Origin: Marsupella aquatica
Taxonomy: Eukaryota > Plantae > Marchantiophyta
Assembly (NCBI GenBank): GCA_973895155.1
Contig: OZ316895.1
Span: forward strand, 23,532,622-23,596,621
Length of the DNA stretch: 64,000 nt
Direction: 5' to 3'
Shown: positions 31,021-45,057 of the stretch, in pieces
Layout: every line of letters begins with the position of its first letter
How positions within the stretch are numbered: position 1 is the first letter of the stretch
The notes under the pieces: model-generated
The model's input: only the letters and a program-made list of their open reading frames with translations
What the model was told of the DNA's origin: nothing
The model's database searches: none
Position numbers and translations under genes: made by a program

Positions 31021-31411
31021 GGGTCACAGGGTAAAGCATGTAAGGTTTACAGTCTGTTAGGATTTCAAGAATCACGTACTCAAATTAATGCAACGGATTT
31101 ATCCTTGGGATAAAAAATGAGCGTTTTGTCATACTCCTTCCTGAAACCGATCCTAATTAATTTCCATTTTAAATATGGTAAGAATTCAGGTTAGTGCATA
31201 CCAGCAGAGATGAATGTCAGCCGTGGGATCTATCGTAATGGACGGATACCATGAATGGGATGGATGGAATGACTTCATGGTCAAGGCAGTCATGACTTGT
31301 GGCGACGAATGAGGAGGCGAGTAGTTGCTGCTTGACGAATGGGAGAAATCGGGCAATTGGGCATGTGTGGGGGCTGGATACTCTAAATTACTAATAAAGT
31401 GCAATGCAAAG

Positions 31412-31573
31412 CTATTTTCAAGGGCTAGTGAAGACTCTAGACAATAACTATCAATATAAACAAAATAGAAGTGAGGATGAAAGGGTCAAAAACTATTTTC
31501 AAGGGCTAGTGAAGACTCTAGACAATAACTATCAATATAAACAAAATAGAAGTGAGGATGAAAGGGTCAAAAA
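31412..31573. repeat. Tandem duplication, 81-bp unit x2
   Basis: CTATTTTCAAGGGCTAGTGAAG...GGGTCAAAAA occurs twice and appears identical. Confidence 0.9.
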
Positions 31574-33449
31574 AACAAATTGAAACAAAGATGAATAACT
31601 CTATTTACATTCAAAGAGACTAGTCCTTTAATCTGCTCGTGCATTTTTTTCGTAGTTTTATATCCCATTATAATTATATTATTGGTAGTGACCCTTTTCC
31701 CCGACTTGGGGGGGTCTATTTTTTACTAGCTCGGGGTTATAGTTATTTAAAAGAATAGGGTGAGAGTTTAATGATAAAAGTAGCGGACGAAAATACACTT
31801 GGGGTCTAGGCTAAATAGTGTATGGCCTTTTCAGGGGCTATGGGTTATCCTACACTCTCAACCCTCAGTTCAGTGTAGGCTGTAAGTTACTATCATTGAG
31901 TTTTTTGGGGAGCACTTATACTACAGTAGTAGTGGATCGACTGTATATCCTGATCTGCTTTGCTCAATTATTAAGAGAGCCTAGAACTAGGCCATCATCA
32001 CCTGTACTAAGTCTTTATCTTATTTTCATTGTAAGAACTGCAAACTAACGGACGATCGGATAGCTAGGAACTAACTCTTGGAACTAATTTGGAATCTAAC
32101 AAATGGATGCGCTTGAATGCATCTGCACCTTAACTTCGATTTGATCTGGTCAGAATACCAAAATATTTTCAAGAGTGACGAATATTAACGCTCACTGAAG
32201 GATCTGTGAAGCCACACATGCATGTAGCCTGCCGCCCGGGAATCGGCCGAACCCGAGGAAGCCATGATGTACACGATGTAGTTAATTCCCGGCTTGTTGA
32301 TCGACATGGGACAAAAGCTCCGCAGCTGCCACCAATGACAGTGGCCGCCTTTCCAGAATTGTACAGTGGTGCAGCTGACCCCGGAGGCAGTGGAGCAATC
32401 GGTTTGACAGCACGCTTGGTTGCCCAGAGCAACGAGATCGTTCGAGCAGGTGTTGGCATCGGCTAATCCAGGATTACCGAGCATCTCACCTGCCGATGCC
32501 AACACTGTCATCTAATTCAGTACTGGTTTGACAAGGTTTGAAAAGTTATGCCATTTTTGTGTAAGATACCGCCGATTGGTAGAACAGGACCCTCTAAAAT
32601 TTGCAGTAAGGGGACATGCAACATTGGCGAACTACTACTCTTTGTGTACTTATAGATTCCATCAGAACTCTCACTGTCGAAGACTCCAGTCAATCCCAGC
32701 CGACTTCAACAATAACTGGCCGTCAGGATCTCTCGAAAGACACATACGATTGACTAGACTGCTGAAGAGCAGACATTCACGGCTCCGAAAGTATTACAAT
32801 TTAGTTCAACTCAAAAGTTGCCATCTTCTGAAAACAGTGTCGACAAGCATGTAACCATTGGACAGTCTCATGACGGGACAACACTTTAACAAATGAAAAT
32901 TCATATTCCGATATACTGTTCAACTGAAGTACATCGGAAGTTCCGGAAATGAGATGCACGCAAACAAATATTTCATGAAGAGACTCGGCTACTTCCGTTG
33001 AGAACGGAGGGACCTGTTTATTTGCTCAAAGAAATTTAACTGCCGAAGAACATGTAATGCCAAACTTAAAAAGGGTAATGCCATTACATCGAAGACCTTA
33101 GAGTTGACTACCATGCGGGAATAATCATGCCATCAGAAGTCCCTGCATGCTTCAAAAAAGGAAAATATGCACCCCGACGTCAGAAGTCCGTCCAGAAAAG
33201 GAAAATCTGCACCCCGACCTTGAGTGTAAGCAGACCTGACGCTGATTTGGCTCAGCGTTCAGATAGACACTCTCGGAAAGCATAAATTAGACTGATTGTT
33301 ATATAGCCAGAGAGAGCAGCTAAACTCCGAGGTGCAAGCATCATCCAGAGGATCTTCCAACAAAATCTGTACGAACGTTATGAGAACGATAATTGCGAAC
33401 TACCTGACACGCACGGCTACTTGTCTAAACCCTGACCGGTTCCGAATGT

Positions 33450-34537
33450 GGAGCTGAACTGGTAAGATCTGGTACTTTTGAAACATCATGAGCTTCTTCC
33501 TAATCATCATCCGAACCATCATCAAGTCCTTCCAAAACATCAAAAACTTTAGTCTTGAGCATGTGGAAGTGTTCCCTGAAGAGCGTCTCGGCTTCCTGTT
33601 GAAGTTTAGTTGCTGCAAGCGTCCGAGCGAGTCTGAGCATGTGTGGCACATTATCTACTGTTAATTGTCGGCAAAGCTCAGAAAAATTCCTTCAGAAATC
33701 CAATTTCCAGACAATGTGCAGCTCTGAGGACCTCATCAGGGCGAACAAATTCCGAGAAAGTTAATTCTCCAGAATGACAAAAATTCGATAGTTCTTCGTA
33801 GACTGGGTCTGTGCCAGAAAACAGCTCCTTGACCGGTTTCAGTCCAGTTCGACCATTCGCTATCGCCTCTTGGACGAATCGTGATTTTGCAGCCTGTACA
33901 TCATGTTGAAACAATATTGTTAACCAACGAACAAAGACACTCATATATCCTAAAGTCACATTTAAGATTTGATTTTCATGAAATGACGCCAGAAGTAAAC
34001 AAATATTTCGAGGTCCAACTACACCGTCATTTTTGAGGAACAGGAAACAGACGTTGGCGTGATGTCAGCCAATGGGATTAGAAGCAAGGAGTACAAATTC
34101 CTCACCACGACAGACAAAATTACAGCTGCAGGTGTAGGCACCGTAGAGCCATTGAGCTTTCGCATTGTCCACGCAGGCAGAAACTCGCGGGGCAGTTTCA
34201 AAAACTGCACCATAATTCCCTGGCTAAGGTTTTCGGCCTTCAGCCTCTCAACCTCCGATAGTAATTGCTCGTACTCTGTGCTCTTGTTCGTCAATGCAAG
34301 GGAGCTCTCGGCAGTTATCCTGGACAGTTCAGTTTGATGATTTTCTTTGGACGCGGCAAATGCAGCCCGCACCAACCTCAATTCAGCCTGAAGTTCCGTA
34401 ACTTGTTTCTCATGGCGCGATTGACAACTGGAGCAGCCAGAGATATCCAGACGATATTGACAGCCACTTACCCAAGTACGAACCACTGCCGGTAAATCGG
34501 CCTCCAAACAGTATTTACAATACTTCTGTGTTGACAT
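33450..34537 (-). pseudogene. Zn-motif/coiled-coil/BTB-like gene, copy A (frameshifted)
   Basis: Exon 1 34106-34537 (YCKYC...GCSSC plus coiled coil). Exon 2 starts at 33893 (AAKSRF...). A small deletion after IGFLKEF gives TGA at 33678, and the paralogous VDNVPHML sequence continues out of frame. The 3' end is approximate. Confidence 0.7.
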
Positions 34538-36607
34538 TACTGCTAGATAGCGATCGGTCTTTCAAGACATATCAATTACCGTTTATTCGAGAAGCTAAGC
34601 ATTGAAGCCAAGACGTTCTAAAGGGAAGATCAACAAGTCAATCAAATATATTAAGGTTGAAAAACGACGAAGATGTCACTCATGAACTACTCAAGAGCAG
34701 ATAACACGACAATCGCTTGATACAGATCATCTCTAGTGAGAACCCGGGGCACGGCAAGAGATAACACGACAATCACTTGATACAGATCATCTTGAGTGAG
34801 AACACGGGGCACGAAATAGAACACTGAAGCCGGGACTGACGCACGATATAAATCTCTCTACCATTTGTTGAGTGAAATACCCACTGCTGATTTTGTCTGC
34901 TTGGACAAACCGGAAATGGCGGGACTCCAGGAATCTACTAGGCCGATCTGGCGATCTGCTGTGTGTTCGCAATAATTAAGCACGGAAGGGGACTAAATGG
35001 GTTGAATAATGTGGCCGCCAGCAGCCAGCCACCCTGGCGGCGTAATGTCTGTAGTATGCAGGTCATAAGAAATAATGTGGAATCTACTGTACTGTAGATG
35101 TACCATATGTCTGCCGACGAAACCAGATGATAACTCAGTCATGTAAAGTACTCCCCACAGCATTTCTAAAACCATGCCTAATTCGTTGTTTGTTTCGTTG
35201 AAATGCTGAGCCACGTACAGTGATCTGTCCACACGTATAGGTGGAATGACTGTGTTCAACATGCGATGTAAGTCATAATTACTGGACCCGCGCCGCTGAG
35301 TTGTAACTTGCGATCGATTGAAATGCGGCCAAGTGTCCCTTTTATCTTTTTAACTTTCTTCCGAGAGAGGTTACTTTCCGAAATTAACGAGTCACAGCAA
35401 GTTCAACAAGTGATGCATTTACAAGTGCTAGAGATTAGTGTATACTTTCGTCTGACAATAAACTACTGACTGTGTTTCCCCTTCAACTGTCATCGATGTT
35501 ACCGATCAAACGTGACCGGGATGGCAACTACGATGTTGAAAACAGACGTTGCCAATTGACCAGTTTTCTTATTTCAAGGGTTTAAGCTTTGAAAGAAACG
35601 CTAGTTTTTCTCTTGTTTCAACGGTAGGCGATATTCCTTGTTAACCATAAAATTACTTTGCAATCCCGAGAGAATTCATTCCTTAATCTTCAGGTACACG
35701 TAGGATAGACATACTGTAGGGCTACCGACGAAGCCAGATGATAAAGTCCTACAGTCAGTATAAAAAAGCGCAGCATTTCTAAAGCCATATCTAATTTCGT
35801 TATATGTTTCCTTGAGATGGTAAGCCACTTACGGTGATCTGTCCACACGGATGGGTGGAATGACTGTGACACAGAGTTCAACTTGCGACGTTAGTGATAA
35901 AATACTGTACCCCTACGCGCCATGTGTTCTTGAGATGGATTGGAATGTGACGAAGCGTACATTTGCATGTTTCCGATCCGTCCTACTAACAGGGCAGCTG
36001 AGTAGTCTCGCTGAGATCCCGGCTGAGATCGCCTTGCTATTTAATGCAGGTGGAGGGAGAGGGCGATCGAACGCGCGAATGTGCTCCAAGAAATTTAGCT
36101 ACCAAGGAGATTGATAAATCAACGATGGAGACCAAATTTTAGAAGCAGAAAAGGTGCCATAAATATGATGCCATACAGTTTGGACAAAACATCATGTAAT
36201 TAAACCAACGACCATGTAGTTGATTGCAAGCAGATTCAACCCTGACAAAATTGGTTGAGATGCGGGAATGGTTCCACGACAGCTTCCAGAATTCAGACAT
36301 CCTTCTTCAAGAGAAAGGAAATCTACACCTCAACCATTGAGTGGAAGCAGACGTCACGCTATTTGCTTAGCGTTCGAGTTAGACATTCGCAGGAAATTAT
36401 AGATCAGGAATTTATAGATCTTAGTCAAAGGGCAGCTAAAATCCGAGGAAGCATCATCCAAAGAAGGATCTTCGAACATGATACCGTGGGAAAACTAGAT
36501 TCAAAGAATCATTTCGTACTACTACATTTGGAGCCCAGTAATTATCAAAATACTGGCAGGTCCCGAATGTGGAATTGAAATGGTTCAAAACAGGTCCTTC
36601 CGAAACA

Positions 36608-37891
36608 TCAGATCCTTCCGGTCGTAGCATGATCAAGACCTTCTAGACCGTCATAAAACTTAGTCTTCAGCATGTCGAAGTGTTCCTTGAAAATATTCTC
36701 CGCTTCCTCTTGCAGTTTAGTTGCTGCAAACTTCCGAGAGAGTTTGAGCATCTGTGGCACATTATTTACACTTAATCGTCTGCAAAGCTCAGCCTCACAA
36801 AACTCCTTCAGAAACCCAATTTCCAGATTATGTGCAACTTTCAAGACCTCATCAGGAGGCACTAGTTTCGAGAAAGTCATTTCCCCACGATGGCAAAACG
36901 TCAGTATTTGATCGAGTATTGGCACCGTCACAGTCCCAAGAAGATCCAGTAATGGTTGCTCTAAAATTTGACTTGCGCGTAGCATCATCCGGACGACTGG
37001 CGATTTTGCAGCCTGTACATGTAACAAGGCATAACATCAATTACGAACGGAGTACATATCGACGACATAACCTTAATTTACCTAGTATCTGCTTAGACGT
37101 CCTCCCAGCTGGCTTCCAACATTTATTTCGACTCTTAGATTCGACAATCAAGGAAACCAATTCAAATTGAAACTGACTTCCTACGCAATGTCCTCCAAGA
37201 ACCACTCACAAATCACCCCATGAACTTTGGAGAAGAGAATGTAGCATGCATGGTGTTAAAATCAAGAAAAAATTTAGAGGTCGATCCCCACCGTCATGAG
37301 GTGTTTCGTTTAGAAGGAAACAGAAGCTGACGTGATATCAGCCAATTGAATTGCAAGTATGGAGTACGAATTTCTCACCAGGACAGACACCAGGACAGAT
37401 AACTCTGCACCTAGACGTGGAGGTATCTTGAGGCCAGTCCTGGCCGCTTGCAGTTGCCACACATGCACAGGCGGGGGGTGCAGTTTTAAAAATTGCACTA
37501 TATTCCGCTGGCTGTCGTTCTGAGCCTTCAGCCTGTTAACCTGCGACAGTAATTGTTCGTACTCCGTCTGCTTGTGCACCAAGGCAATCGATCCCTCCGA
37601 TAGCAATTGCTCGTACTTGGCCTTGTTGTTCATCAAGGCAAGCGAACTCTGGGCTGTTATCCTGGACAGTTCAGTTTCGTGACTCTCCTTCCCGCTTTCT
37701 TCCGACTTTGCAAATGCAGCCCGCAGAGACGTCAATTCCATTTGAAGGGCCATAACTTCTTCCTCATGACGCCGTTGACAACTGGAGCAGCCCGAGATTT
37801 CCAACCGGTGAGAGCCGTTTTCCCAACTACGAACTACTTCCTTCTGATCAACCTCCAGACAGTATTTACAGTACCGTTCTGCATTCATCAC
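36608..37891 (-). CDS. Zn-motif/coiled-coil/BTB(POZ)-like protein, copy B (intact); exons 37379-37891 and 36608-37012
   Basis: In-frame GTGAG...TACAG intron. Exon 2 AAKSPVVRMML...LDQILTFCH...VLKVAHNLEIGFLKEFCEAELCRRLSVNNVPQMLKLSRKFAATKLQ matches the C-terminal half of BTB plus the BACK-like helices of SPOP/BPM-type adaptors. Confidence 0.8.
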
Positions 37892-40384
37892 TTCTAGATA
37901 CTGGTCACAATTTACAATGTGTGGGCGTGATCGAGATGGATATAGCTACCAAAGTAAGCGTTCTAGAGGAAGATCAAGATGTTGGCGAATTCCTCAACAG
38001 GAGAAACCACGACAATCACTTTATATCTATCATCTGGAGAGAGAACTCCAGGCAAGCGGTAGAACACAGGGGGACGTACCGCTCATTTTTGCACTTCGAC
38101 AAACCTGATCGAAAAACGGCAAGACGGATTCAAGGAATCTAGCAGATCTGCTGCATGTTCATAATGATTACGGTGCTTTCATTCGTGTACAGGAGGCCAT
38201 GCCCTTGGCGGCCCAATGGCTACCAGAATTATAACCACTCCTCTACAATCCCGAGGCAATTTATTCCTTTATTATCTTTGCTCGTGGTAAAGACGTACTG
38301 TAGAGCGAAGAAGTACTCTGGGTAGGGTTCCATCGGCCCTCATACTACACTTTGAGGGTTTCTCGTAAATCTTCATATTTCTGGGAGTCTGTGGGAGCCG
38401 TATTCCATCTGTCCTCATACTACACTTTGAGAGTTTCTTGTAGACCTTCATATTTCTGGGAACTTGTGGGAGAAGTATACCCTTCCTGAATTTTTATGAG
38501 ACATTATTACTGCCACTGAACTATTGGGCCAGTTGGAACTGGGACTTCTGAAATTTGAATGAGAAATATAATAAATGTAAATGATAGACAAGTGAATGCT
38601 TTGTAAAAATTCACTCAAGCTTTACACTTTGTAACTGATCTTCACTTGGGGATAATGGCAATAACCCCCTTGGGGATGGGTTACCCTACACATTATTTGT
38701 TTGCAGGCAACCCTCTGGTTTGAAAATTGTCTAAAATGAGAGCAGATGGCTTGCAACCCATAAGGTTTGTTTCAAATTCCAATCGGCTCTCAAGTTCTAG
38801 TTTGGTGTACACAGTGAAGTATTCTTTAGAGGCACTACGGGATGTAATGCACTGCAAACAAGAAGTTTTACCTCAAATTTTGAGAAGTTATTATGTTGAG
38901 CATAGACAATTATCGAAACGACAAGTTTATGAACCATGAATTTTCACTATCAAAACAAATATCACTTGGGATATAGAGTGTATAGCCTAGTTAACCTACT
39001 CTAGTTTCCAACTAGATAAATTAACTCTAACTACGGTTAGGGCCCGTCACCTTAGACTAAAAGTAAAAGCCTAATATACTATTGCCCATGATGTTCCAAA
39101 AACAGGCCCTAAGTGCACTTGAGGTACTGAATTATTTATTTATTTTAACTTTGGTATAACAAAAAATCCTAAAGAGGCTAATCTTGAATGGGCATTATGT
39201 TCCAAATGAATGCTCTCAAGTATACAAAATGAAAAATCACTAAAGGCATTAAGTTTAGAATAGTATGAAATAGCCTTCTTTGACAAGCTAAATTTGTTAA
39301 TACTCTATTCAAGATAGAAGAAAATTTACATAGAATAATCTTTATTGATGACTAAGTTAGAATAACTAAGTAATAGAACAGACCACCTGCAGTAGGTATA
39401 TGCTCACTGAATTGAATATGGCCGTCATTTGTGTTGAGTCCGCCAAACAAGGGGCGAAGTTTCTGTCAGATCACATCAAAACCTGTCCCCCGGTAAGTTG
39501 TCTTAAATCGTAAAATGAGGCTAATGAAGATCGCTAATCTAATCCCCACGAGCAGCAGTTCTCGTAAAGGATGCGGCATTGTCGAAATACTCATCTCTGT
39601 GCATTTATTCATGAGAACTCTCAGTGTATCACGGTCTGTCCCAGCTGACCTCGAGTTACCGGCCCTCAAGACATCTGAAAAGATGCTATGATCAACTGGA
39701 ATTTCGTTCGCTATATTGCCATGGATTCCTCAAGAGTATACATTCGCCCATCCCAAATTAGTGTAATTTAGTTGAACTCAATAGTCGCCAGCTCCTGGAA
39801 ACAATTTCAAGGGTGTAACCATTGGACAGTATCACGATAGGATAACAGTACTGTAACCAAACAAATTTAAATTCTTACGAGGAGACGCTGTACTATGCAA
39901 CCAAAGTAAATCGGAATTTTTGGAATGGAGATACACGCAAACAAATATTTCATGAGAGACCTACAGTAGCTACTTCGAATCCGTAGAGAGGACCTGTTAT
40001 TGTGTCAAAGAAATTAACTGCCCAAGAACACGTAAATAATGCCAAACTTGACACAACGGTAATGCAATTAAATCAAAGACCATACAGTTGATTATGCAGA
40101 CAGAACTTAGAAGTTCCTGCTTCAGACAAGGACAATCTCCGCCTCGACCTTGAAGAGTAAGCAGACATGATCGACGCTGATTTGTTCAGCGTTCAAGTAA
40201 GACACTCTCAGGAATTTAAATACAGATTAGACTGATTGTTCCTAGTCAGCGATCGTCGCTAAAATCAGGGGTCCAAGCATCAGCCAAAGGCACTTCCAAT
40301 AAAATCCGCGAGAAAGTGGATGAGAACGATAATTCCGAACTACATAAAATGGAGGCCAATCAACTTGTCTAAATCCTGAGTTGT

Positions 40385-41498
40385 TCATTGTGGAGCCGAA
40401 TGTCGAGCTGAAATGGTACCATCAAGTCCTTCTGAAACATCATCCGGTCCTCGTGAACGATCATCACCTCCTTCCGAGCCATAACTATCAAGTCCTTCCA
40501 AACCATCAAAAACTTTAGTCTTTAGTATGTCGAAGTGCTTCCTGAAGAGCTTCTCGGCTTCCTCTTGAAGTTTGGTTGCTGCAAATGTCCGAGCGAGTTT
40601 GAGCATTTGCGGCACATTATCTACTTTTAATCGTCGGCAAAGTTCAGTCTCACAAAACTCCTTCAGAAACCCAATGTCCAAAGCATGTGCAACTCTGAGG
40701 ACCTCATCAGGACGTACAAGTTCCGAGAAAGCTATTTCCCCAGAATGACAAAAACACGTTATTTCTTTGAAGGCCGGGCTTGTCCGCATTATCTCCTGGA
40801 TTGGTTTCAGCAGAGATAGATCTTCCGTTAGTGCCTTTTGCAATATATGCTGGTGATTTTGCAGCCTGTACATGTGAGAAGCCATATTGTTAACTAGCAG
40901 AACACAGACCAATGAGATGAGATGTCCTATACAGACATTTGGTCCAACGTCCTGCTGGTATCCAACATTGATTTCGCATTTCAAGGATTTGATTTTATGG
41001 AATGGTGCTCAACTCAAAACAACATTTTCAAGGTCCACACCGGCATTGTGAGGACAAGGGAACGGAAGTTCACGAGATGTAATCAAGCCACTTCAACTCT
41101 AGCAAGGAGCACAAATTCCTCACCACGACAGACAACTCTGCACCTGCATATACAGGCACATGAAAGCCGTTCACCGTTCGCACTACCAACTCAGGCAGGG
41201 ACTCGGGGCTCAGTTTCAAAAATTGCACCATACTTCGCTGGCTATTGTTTTCAGCCTTCAGCTTGTTAAGCTCCGACAGTAATTGCTCGTACTCTGCCGT
41301 CTTGTTTGTCAAGGCCAGCGAACTCTCGGCTGTTATCCTGGACAGTTCAGCTTGAAGTGCCGTAACTTGTTTCTCATGGCGGTATTGACAAGAGTAGCAG
41401 CCCGATATATCCAAACGTTATTGAGCGCCAATTACCCAACTACGAACGACTTCCGTCGAATCGGCCTCCAAACAGTACCTACAATACTGTTTTAACAT
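40385..41498 (-). pseudogene. Zn-motif/coiled-coil/BTB-like gene, copy C (disrupted)
   Basis: ATG at 41498 (MLKQYCRYCLEAD), in-frame TAA at 41418-41420, and the exon-2 start AAKSP (40865) is out of frame with the downstream BTB ORF. Confidence 0.7.
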
Positions 41499-42131
41499 CA
41501 CTGCCAGCTAGTGATCACCCGTCAAAATATATATCTTACAGTCTGTTCCAGAAGCTGAGCATCGACGCTTAGAAGCTACCTAGCTAGTACCAACAGTGAA
41601 CGCTCTAGACGAAGATCAAGATGTCGATCAATGAAGGCTAGGTATTCGATGACATCTTTCAAGGCCAAAACATAAAATATCGTTGACACACTGCTCGACA
41701 GGAGATCAAACGACAATCACCGGAAACCGATCGTCTCGAGAGAGAACTCGAGGCACGCAGTACGACGTTGACGGGCAACGTTGATCTCAGTACCATTAGT
41801 TCAATGAAGTAGCCACTGGGTCAGCTTGTTTTCCTGCTTGCATGGGCAAGTCTCCAATGGCGGGAATCAAGGTATCTACCGGGCCGTTCTCTCTGTGTTT
41901 GTAATAACTAAGCACGGAAGGGGAATTTACAGTGAACCATGTGGTGTCATTCATCTACACGGAGCCACCCTGGCGGCATAATGTGTGCAATTATGCCAGA
42001 TCATGACAAATAAGGAGTCTATCCCGACGTGTACCGGTAGATTAAGGAGTGAAATCTCTCTGGATTGTAAAGCGGTAGATTAAGGAGTGAAATCTCTCTG
42101 GATTGTAAAGCAGCCAGATATATGCTTGATT

Positions 42132-42475
42132 GGCCCGTGAACCTTTCTTACCTGATGGGCCCTTAGTTAATTTTTTTAACCAAATAAAATTTCTCTTAAT
42201 GACTAGTACACCTATTCTAGTGTGGTGTTACACTTGTCTTTTTGTGATATCTATTATGTACAGTGACTCTAGGCAAATTGCACGGTTGGATTGTGCGACC
42301 GGCCCTACATGGTCCAATCGTGCAATTTGCTTGGAATCATTTTACATAGTAGGCATCACACAAGAATAGGTGTAGATACCACACAAGAACAGGTATATTG
42401 GTCATTAAGAGGGGTCCTATTTGATAAAAGAAAGTTAACTAAGGGCCCATCAGGTAAGAAAGGTTATCAAGGGGC
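42132..42475. mobile_element. MITE-like foldback element (about 345 bp, almost wholly palindromic)
   Basis: AACCTTTCTTACCTGATGGGCCCTTAGTTAA at the left is the reverse complement of TTAACTAAGGGCCCATCAGGTAAGAAAGGTT at the right. Pairing continues inward to GCAAATTGCACG...CGTGCAATTTGC. No clean TSD was identified. Confidence 0.75.
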
Positions 42476-42477
42476 TT

Positions 42478-42972
42478 GAGTTTGGCAGAATTGTTACGGC
42501 CCTGTAGCTAATCATAATCAGGTATTTGATCATGGTCTATCTACCAAGCTAGAGTTTGGCAGAATTGTTACGGCCCTGTAGCTAATCATAATCAGGTATT
42601 TGATCATGGTCTATCTACCAAGCTACCTACCAAGCTACCGATAAATCAGCTGATTTAGACAATAGGGCTCCAGCTGAAGCCAGATCATAAAGTCGTATAA
42701 AAGTCCCCGAGTATTCCTAAAGCCATATTTAATTTGTTTTCAGTTTCCTTGAGATGCTAAACCACGTACAGTGATCTGCCCACAAGGATGGGCGGAATTA
42801 CTGTTATTCTTGCAATGAAAGTCATAATTGCTGTACCCATGCCCCCCCCTCTGTTCAACTTGAGATGCTAAACCACGTACAGTGATCTGCCCACAAGGAT
42901 GGGCGGAATTACTGTTATTCTTGCAATGAAAGTCATAATTGCTGTACCCATGCCCCCCCCTCTGTTCAACTT
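42478..42972. repeat. Two adjacent tandem duplications (74 bp x2 at 42478-42625; about 111 bp x2 at 42748-42972)
   Basis: GAGTTTGGCAGAATTG...CCAAGCTA twice and CTTGAGATGCTAAACC...TGTTCAA twice. Confidence 0.9.
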
Positions 42973-43909
42973 GCTGTGGACTGGAATGGAGATATATGCT
43001 TGATGGGACCTCTCGCAACCTGTTTCACGACTTTACAAAATTATTTGGCTTCTCAGTTGGAACCATATAAGATCCACACTAGTGTGGGTAACAAAACTTT
43101 CATAGGGTCCTACTAGGGAGCAAAAGTTTTATGGGGGCCCATTGCACTAAAAAGCTCCGCTAGGGGTCCCATCCTCAAGTATATACCTCGACTGGAATGC
43201 AGCTTAATGGCTTTGCTCTCATTTTCTTTTTCTGAAATTTTTCCGAGAGGTTTGTGTCCGAAATGTTACCAGTTTACAAAAGTTCCACAAGTGATGCACG
43301 TACTTACTTTTGCTAGAGATTAGGGGGCAAGCGTACAGTAGTTTTACTGGTCAAACGAAATTTCCACACAGAACTTTGGCCTCCAAACATTACCAGTTGA
43401 GATCGGGTTTACTGGATGTGGTGGGAGAGGGCGATCGGACCTGCACTCCAAGAAATTTATCTACCAAGAAGACTGATCCATCAGATTTTAGAAGCTGAAA
43501 TCGCACATACTGCTATGATTCCCTTCAAAGGTGCCATACAGTTTGGAGGAAAGATCGAGCAATTAAATCATAGTTATCGGCAAGCAAACTCGACGCTCAC
43601 AAAAATTGGCTGTCATGCGGGCATGGTTCTGCTAGAGCTCTTAGAATTTACAAGTTCCTACATATAAAAAAATGGAAAACTAAGCTTTCATCTCAAGATG
43701 GAAGCAGACATCAGATATTTGCTCGACGTCCGAGTTACACTCAGAGGAAATTATAGATCAGGAAATATAGATCTTAGTCGGAGAGATGCAGCTCAAAGCC
43801 GAGGATGATCCGTGGGATAATCGGATTCAGAGTATGATTTCAAACTACATTTGGAGGCCAAAAGTGGTCTAATGGCCGGTCCCGAATGTGGGTCCCTAGC
43901 TTAGACACA

Positions 43910-45057
43910 TCAGATCCTTCTGGACGTACCATCATCAAATCCTCCCAAAACCATCATAAACTTAGTCTTCACCATGTTGAAGTGTTCCTTGAGAAGCTTC
44001 TCGGCTCCCTCTTGCAGTTTAGTTGCTGCAAACTTCCGAGATAGTTGGAGCATCTGTGGCGCATTATCTACACTTAGAAGTCGGCAAAGCTCAGACTCAC
44101 AAAACTCCTTCAGAAACCCAATTTTAAGGTTATGTGCAACTTCGAGGACCTCATCAGGACGCACAATTTTGGAGAAAGTCATTTCCCCTAATCGGCAAAA
44201 GATCAGTATTTGACAGAGTACAGGGAGGGGCACAGTCTTAAGAAGATGCTGAAACTCTTGCTCTGGAGTGTCACTCGCACTTAGCATCTCCCGGAAGACT
44301 GATGATTTTCCAGCCTGTACATGTAAGCAAGCATGGTATCATTTACGAACAGAACAAATACCGATGAAATATCCTAAATCTAAGTGATAATTGCTTCCAA
44401 TATGTATTTCGACTCTTTCACTCGACTTTCAAGATACCAATTCCATCTGACACTGATTTCCTGTACAAGTCCCCAAAAGACGACGCAGATCACTTTGAAG
44501 AAGAGAAGGAATCATAGTACTAAATTCAAACAAAAGCTTTGAGGCCCGCACGGGCATTTGTAGCTATCGGCCAATTGATTTGCAAGTAAGGAGTACGAAT
44601 TCCTCACCAGCTCTGCAGCTATCCTCGAGGACGAATTCCTCACCAGCCCTGCAGATTTCCTCGAGGACCTCGAGCTAGCGGTGGCTGCTCGCAGTTGACA
44701 CTCATACAGAGGTCGCAGTTTCAAAAATTGCACCTTCCTTCGCTGGCTGTTGTTTTCAGCCTTTAGTATGTTAACCTCCGACAATAATTGCTCGTACTCT
44801 GCAGCCTTGTTCATCAAGGCGAGCGAACTCTCGGCTGCTATCCTGGGCAGCTCACTTTCATGACATTCTGTAGACTTAGCAAATGCAGCCCGCAGAGACG
44901 TCATTTCAGCTTTAAGGGCCGTAACTTGTTCCTCATGACGCTCTTGGCAACTGGAGCAGCCCAAGATTTTCAATTGGTGAGAGCCGATTTCCCAACTACG
45001 AACCTCTGTTATCTGATCGACCTCCAAACAGTACCTACAATACTGCTTTGAGTTCAT
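43910..45057 (-). CDS. Zn-motif/coiled-coil/BTB-like protein, copy D (intact); exons 44608-45057 and 43910-44314
   Basis: MNSKQYCRYC...GCSSC plus coiled coil splices in frame to AGKSSVFREML...IGFLKEFCESELCRLLSVDNAPQML. A 36-bp duplication creates a second in-frame donor at 44644. Confidence 0.8.

Noticed and set aside
38299-38690. TGTAG...CTACA segment resembling a solo LTR
   Set aside because: The flanks (CGTAC versus CATTA) do not form a TSD, and the left end overlaps sequence shared with the paralogous unit.
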